This document shows, piece by piece, positions 56,910 to 61,013 of a DNA stretch of 61,013 bases. The stretch comes from a virus (Duplodnaviria; Caudoviricetes), in the IMG/VR virus record IMGVR_UViG_3300027734_000072, positions 1-61,013 of that record. The stretch is one strand, 5' to 3'. The position numbers and the translations under genes were made by a program. The first letter of the stretch is position 1. Each line of letters starts with the position of its first letter. The notes beneath the pieces are model-generated. The model saw only the letters and a list, made by a program, of their open reading frames with translations, did no database searches and had not been told where the DNA came from.

Positions 56910-58514
56910 ATGTCAAAGGTGAAGTTTCATACAGTTGACCAGCCGGACTCAGATACAACCACATTTGTATTATCATGTGACCGGCTGGATGTCTTAGAAA
57001 AAACCCTAGAATCTTTTTATAATACCAGAGATTACGTTACCAAAATGGTAATCGTGGATGATTCGGCTAAACCCGGTATCTTTGAATCTCTTGTTGAAAA
57101 ATTTGGTGACACCTGTGATGTGATTTGTTTTCCACGGAATCGTTCACAATGGTGGGCAATGGATTTTATGGTATCATACTGTGATTCAGATTATATTTTC
57201 TACCTTGAAGATGATTGGGAACTTACACAACCAGGATATCTAAACAAATCAAAACAGATTTTACAAAAGTACCGTGAAGTAGGTGTGGTAGATATATCAT
57301 GGAGAACTTTTGAGTGGCAAGGCATCGACTCATACGAAAAGAAATTGATTGATGATACATTCTTTTGGAAAAAACCATGGAAGATTACTGACCATCATGT
57401 AGCATGGCATGCTTGGTGTGGTTCTCCTAATCTCAGAAGGCGTGATGACCTTATCATGTTAGGTCGTGTGGAGAAATGGCATAACGAATGGAACATTGAC
57501 CGTAAGTTTACTGCCTTAGGATTTAAAGGTGTATATTTGAATGGTGAATATGCCAGACATTTAGGTGACCATTGTTCTAAGATGGCAGGTCAACGACCAG
57601 ATGATACTAAAGTTCCATATGATTTTTATCCAAAAGAATTGATGGCCAATCGTAGAGCACCACTAATTAACTTTAGAGAAATGGATTCTATCTATGAGTA
57701 TCCAGCCGATGTAACTTTGGTTACCATGGCATTAGATATTAATAGAGTCGACCGTAACTTTGAAGAACACTACATCAAAGGACTAGATAAATTATTATCT
57801 GTTCGTAATCCATTGGTAGTGTATGCTGATAAAAAATACCATGATTATATTGTTAGAAGGCGTAGAGAGTTAAGTATTGCCACTTCAAACAATCAGGTTC
57901 AAGTAAGAGAGATTGACCTTGAAACTTTAAAGAACCACAGATACTACAGTAGAGTTCAAAATATTATTTCTACTGATAAATTTAAAACTCAGGCACAATG
58001 GATTGATGGATCAGTATTAGTATCACCACATTATATACCATTGACACTCATTAAGAATGATTACTTACAGACCATTGCTGGACAAAATCCATTTGGTTCT
58101 AAACGATTCTATTGGATTGATGCCGGATTTACCAACAGTTTTAATGTAACAGAACCTATTGGTACATATGACTTTTTAAGAATCTCTAAAGATAACTTCT
58201 TTTTAACGTCATATAAATATAATGCCGACACAGAGATTCATGGTTACGATATTAATAAAATGACTGAGATGATTGGTAGAAGGCCAGAATATGTTTGTCG
58301 TGCTACATTATTTGGTGGTACATATAATCAGATTGTGAATTTTAACAATAAGTATTTTGATTATGTGGAAAAGTCTTTAGCTAATGGTGTAATAGGTACA
58401 GAAGAAGCTATATTTACTATTGTTGAAATGAAACATCCAGAATTGGTGACAAGGTTTGCAATGAATAACGGTGATATTAAAAATTATTTAAATGTAATTA
58501 GGAAGGATGCCTAA
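56910..58514 (+). CDS. Two-domain glycosyltransferase: GT-A (GT2-like) plus HtrL/YibB-like domain
   Basis: IVDD and FYLEDDW in the N-half; TLVT-D and NPF-S-FYWIDAG in the C-half. Confidence 0.68.
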   Translation: MSKVKFHTVDQPDSDTTTFVLSCDRLDVLEKTLESFYNTRDYVTKMVIVDDSAKPGIFESLVEKFGDTCDVICFPRNRSQWWAMDFMVSYCDSDYIFYLEDDWELTQPGYLNKSKQILQKYREVGVVDISWRTFEWQGIDSYEKKLIDDTFFWKKPWKITDHHVAWHAWCGSPNLRRRDDLIMLGRVEKWHNEWNIDRKFTALGFKGVYLNGEYARHLGDHCSKMAGQRPDDTKVPYDFYPKELMANRRAPLINFREMDSIYEYPADVTLVTMALDINRVDRNFEEHYIKGLDKLLSVRNPLVVYADKKYHDYIVRRRRELSIATSNNQVQVREIDLETLKNHRYYSRVQNIISTDKFKTQAQWIDGSVLVSPHYIPLTLIKNDYLQTIAGQNPFGSKRFYWIDAGFTNSFNVTEPIGTYDFLRISKDNFFLTSYKYNADTEIHGYDINKMTEMIGRRPEYVCRATLFGGTYNQIVNFNNKYFDYVEKSLANGVIGTEEAIFTIVEMKHPELVTRFAMNNGDIKNYLNVIRKDA

Positions 58515-59248
58515 TGTCATCTTTGAGTTTTGCTCTATTCACATCCAATCAACTTGCAGGTGCAGACTTCACTTTAAGCACCGTTCGCAAATTCTATCCC
58601 GATACTTATGTTTGTATTCTACCAGATGTTAATGATGGTTATACGGACTTGGCTCACAAGTATAACGCCGAATGTTTTTATCCAATTAATAAATTAGGTT
58701 ACCCATCACAACCATTTGGTTGGAGAAAAAAAAGTGTTATAGATTTTCTTGAAAGATTACACATTGCTTGTCTACGGTGTAACTCTACACACATCATGTA
58801 TACTGAAGAAGATGTAGTCATATTTAAACCATTGAATATACCAGATGATGCAGAACTTATTGGATTTAAAACTTGTTATCCAGATGGTTCAAAGTTCCCT
58901 AATGGATTCCCCGATGAGTTTATGAGAATCATTGAAGAGTTCTCTGGTGTTAAACCTAATGTAACTTCTTATGGTGCTCAAGGTGGTTGTGTACTTAAAG
59001 TGGATACCTTTGTTAATAACTTTCAAAGAATTAAAAAATTCATATCTGAAAATTTAGATTACATTCAAGACAACATCTACCCTACTGCTGGTTGGATTGA
59101 TTGTTTTTTAACATGGTTCTATCTACTCTGTGGAAAGAAATATATATTTAATCCAAACTACATGGAAGTATTTGATAGAAATTTTGAATATTCTCAGGCG
59201 GCACCACAGTATGAAATTGCCACACATTATAAAAAACATTACAAATAA
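58514..59248 (+). CDS. Putative GT-A fold glycosyltransferase
   Basis: VRKFYPD, MYTEEDV (DxD-like), terminal H-x-K; cluster context. Confidence 0.5.
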   Translation: MSSLSFALFTSNQLAGADFTLSTVRKFYPDTYVCILPDVNDGYTDLAHKYNAECFYPINKLGYPSQPFGWRKKSVIDFLERLHIACLRCNSTHIMYTEEDVVIFKPLNIPDDAELIGFKTCYPDGSKFPNGFPDEFMRIIEEFSGVKPNVTSYGAQGGCVLKVDTFVNNFQRIKKFISENLDYIQDNIYPTAGWIDCFLTWFYLLCGKKYIFNPNYMEVFDRNFEYSQAAPQYEIATHYKKHYK

Positions 59249-59260
59249 AGGAAAATAATT

Positions 59261-59890
59261 ATGTTTGATTTGAAAAAATATTGGCGTCCATTGGATGTTG
59301 TTAAGAGTGACCCTACATGGAATCAAGGATCTCTGGCATCTTCTGCCGAATTTGTAGGCATGGTTAAAACTCTTGGTGATAATATTACTGCTGCGGAAGT
59401 AGGTATTGCATTCGGATTAAACATTATGTATATGATGGATAAATGTCCCAATATTAAAAAGTATTATGCTATTGATCCACACGAAGCGTATCAAGATTGG
59501 GGTCCTAATGTACCTTATGGTAATATGGAACATGACATGATGGTTAAGGTTGGCCAAAAATTTCTAGAAAATTTAGATGCCTATGATAAAAAAGACCTTA
59601 TTGAATTCTTTAAGAAAACATCTGATGATGCTAAAGATTTAATACCAGATAACTCTATTGACTTTATGTTTATCGATGCCAATCACAGTACCGAATCTGT
59701 AAGGCAGGACTGCCATAACTATTATAGTAAGATGAAGAAGGGTGGCATTTTTGCTGGCCATGATATGGATGCCATCTCAGTACAAAATGGAGTACATCAA
59801 TTTGTGGATGAAATGGGTATACCAAGAAACAGAGTAATTACAGTTAGCCATCCGTATACACCACCATGCTGGATGATAAGAGTACTGTAA
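59261..59890 (+). CDS. Class I SAM methyltransferase (Methyltransf_24-like)
   Basis: EVGIAFG, AIDP, FMFIDANH, GGIFAGHD. Confidence 0.82.
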   Translation: MFDLKKYWRPLDVVKSDPTWNQGSLASSAEFVGMVKTLGDNITAAEVGIAFGLNIMYMMDKCPNIKKYYAIDPHEAYQDWGPNVPYGNMEHDMMVKVGQKFLENLDAYDKKDLIEFFKKTSDDAKDLIPDNSIDFMFIDANHSTESVRQDCHNYYSKMKKGGIFAGHDMDAISVQNGVHQFVDEMGIPRNRVITVSHPYTPPCWMIRVL

Positions 59891-59919
59891 AAAATTTATA
59901 ATTAATTGGAGAGTATATA

Positions 59920-61013
59920 ATGAGGTTTCATATCCTAGGTTTGCCACACACAGTAACATCAAAAGAGTATGTAGCCTGTGCCTACACACAAAAAGTTTGG
60001 AAGTTTGGTAAGATGATGACGGCTCGAGGTCATGAAGTAATTCATTATGGCCACGAAGAATCAGATGTGATTTGTACAGAACATGTACCAGTTACTAATA
60101 ATAAAGACCTTGAAATTGCCTATGGTTCACATGATTGGCGTAAGAACTTCTTTAAGTTTGCCACAGATGACCATGCCTATCAGACCTTCTATAAGAATGC
60201 CATTCGTGAGGTAGGTAAGCGTAAGCAACCTAATGATTTTATTCTGCCATTTTGGGGATCAGGTACTCGACCAGTTTGTGATGCACATCCAGATTTAATC
60301 TGTGTAGAACCAGGAATTGGCTATGCTGGTGGTCATTGGTCTAGGTTTAAAATCTTTGAATCATATGCCATCATGCACGCCTATTATGGATTAGAAGCCG
60401 TTGGTACTTGTAAGAACAACTTCTATGATGTGGTGATTCCAAACTACTTTGATCCTGAGGACTTTACCTATGCACCAGAAACCAAAGAAGATTATTTCCT
60501 ATTTTTAGGTCGTGTCTATGAAGGTAAAGGTATTCATATTGCCATTCAAATGACCGAGAAGATTGGTGCCAAACTCAAAGTGGCTGGTCAGAACAACCTT
60601 GAGGCCTGTGGCTATAAAGAGATACCAAAACATGTAGAATTCATTGGTTATGCTGACGTGGAGAAGCGTAGAGAACTCATGAGTAAAGCCAAGGCATCTA
60701 TCGTGGCCTCCATGTATGTCGAACCATTTGGTGGTGTACAGATTGAGAACTTATTTTCTGGTACTCCTACGATTACAACCGATTGGGGTTCATTTACAGA
60801 GAACAATCTCAATGGTATTACTGGTTATCGGTGCCGTACCATGGAAGAATTCGTATGGGCTGGTCGTAACATCGACAAAATTAAGCCTCAGGACTGTAGG
60901 GATTGGGCTATGAATTTCTCATTGGATAAAGTGGCATTAATGTATGAAGAATACTTCCAAGCCGTATTGAATATCCACGGAAAACAAGGTTGGTACGAAC
61001 CTAATGATGACCG
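59920..61013 (+). CDS. GT4 (GT-B) glycosyltransferase, 3' truncated by window (not in ORF track)
   Basis: MRFHILGLPHT start after GGAG; FLFLGRV-EGKG; EPFGGVQIE E-x7-E motif. Confidence 0.85.
   Translation, partial: MRFHILGLPHTVTSKEYVACAYTQKVWKFGKMMTARGHEVIHYGHEESDVICTEHVPVTNNKDLEIAYGSHDWRKNFFKFATDDHAYQTFYKNAIREVGKRKQPNDFILPFWGSGTRPVCDAHPDLICVEPGIGYAGGHWSRFKIFESYAIMHAYYGLEAVGTCKNNFYDVVIPNYFDPEDFTYAPETKEDYFLFLGRVYEGKGIHIAIQMTEKIGAKLKVAGQNNLEACGYKEIPKHVEFIGYADVEKRRELMSKAKASIVASMYVEPFGGVQIENLFSGTPTITTDWGSFTENNLNGITGYRCRTMEEFVWAGRNIDKIKPQDCRDWAMNFSLDKVALMYEEYFQAVLNIHGKQGWYEPNDD

Noticed and set aside
60716-60913. 65-aa ORF in the track
   Set aside because: Out-of-frame overlap within the GT4 gene that runs off the window end
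1-61013. tRNA or rRNA genes
   Set aside because: Intergenic gaps are short and show no cloverleaf or T-loop signatures by eye; tRNAscan-SE would confirm

Overview
AT-rich fragment of a T4-like (Tevenvirinae-type, cyanophage-like gene order) myovirus genome. It runs from the 3' end of phoH through a replication/late-transcription block (exonuclease, gp33, gp59, HAD nucleotidase, gp32). A minus-strand hub/head-completion block follows (two paralogous tape-measure-like genes, gp51-like, gp26, gp54/19-like, gp2, gp4). Next come the baseplate genes (gp48, 53, 27-like, a split gp5, 25, 6, 7, 8, a 2326-aa DUF4815-like protein) and about 26 kb of fibre/appendage genes, including five collagen-like G-A-T/G-A-S proteins. 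The window ends in a late-promoter-driven glycosyltransferase/methyltransferase cluster. No tRNA, rRNA, CRISPR array or transposase was recognised. Best leads: (1) a candidate programmed -1 frameshift (T TTT TTC) fusing gp26 to a start-less gp51-like frame just upstream of the tape-measure-like genes, as in lambda gpG/gpGT; (2) Thr/Ser-rich collagen fibres next to a phage glycosylation cluster; (3) a possible head-to-tail chain of fibre proteins with matched C-terminal TEYA and N-terminal KNGL modules; (4) a U32-family Fe-S enzyme cassette inside the fibre region; (5) a type-1 copper-site domain in a fibre; (6) several cis-regulatory RNA/DNA elements. All family assignments come from motif recognition by eye, not from database searches.
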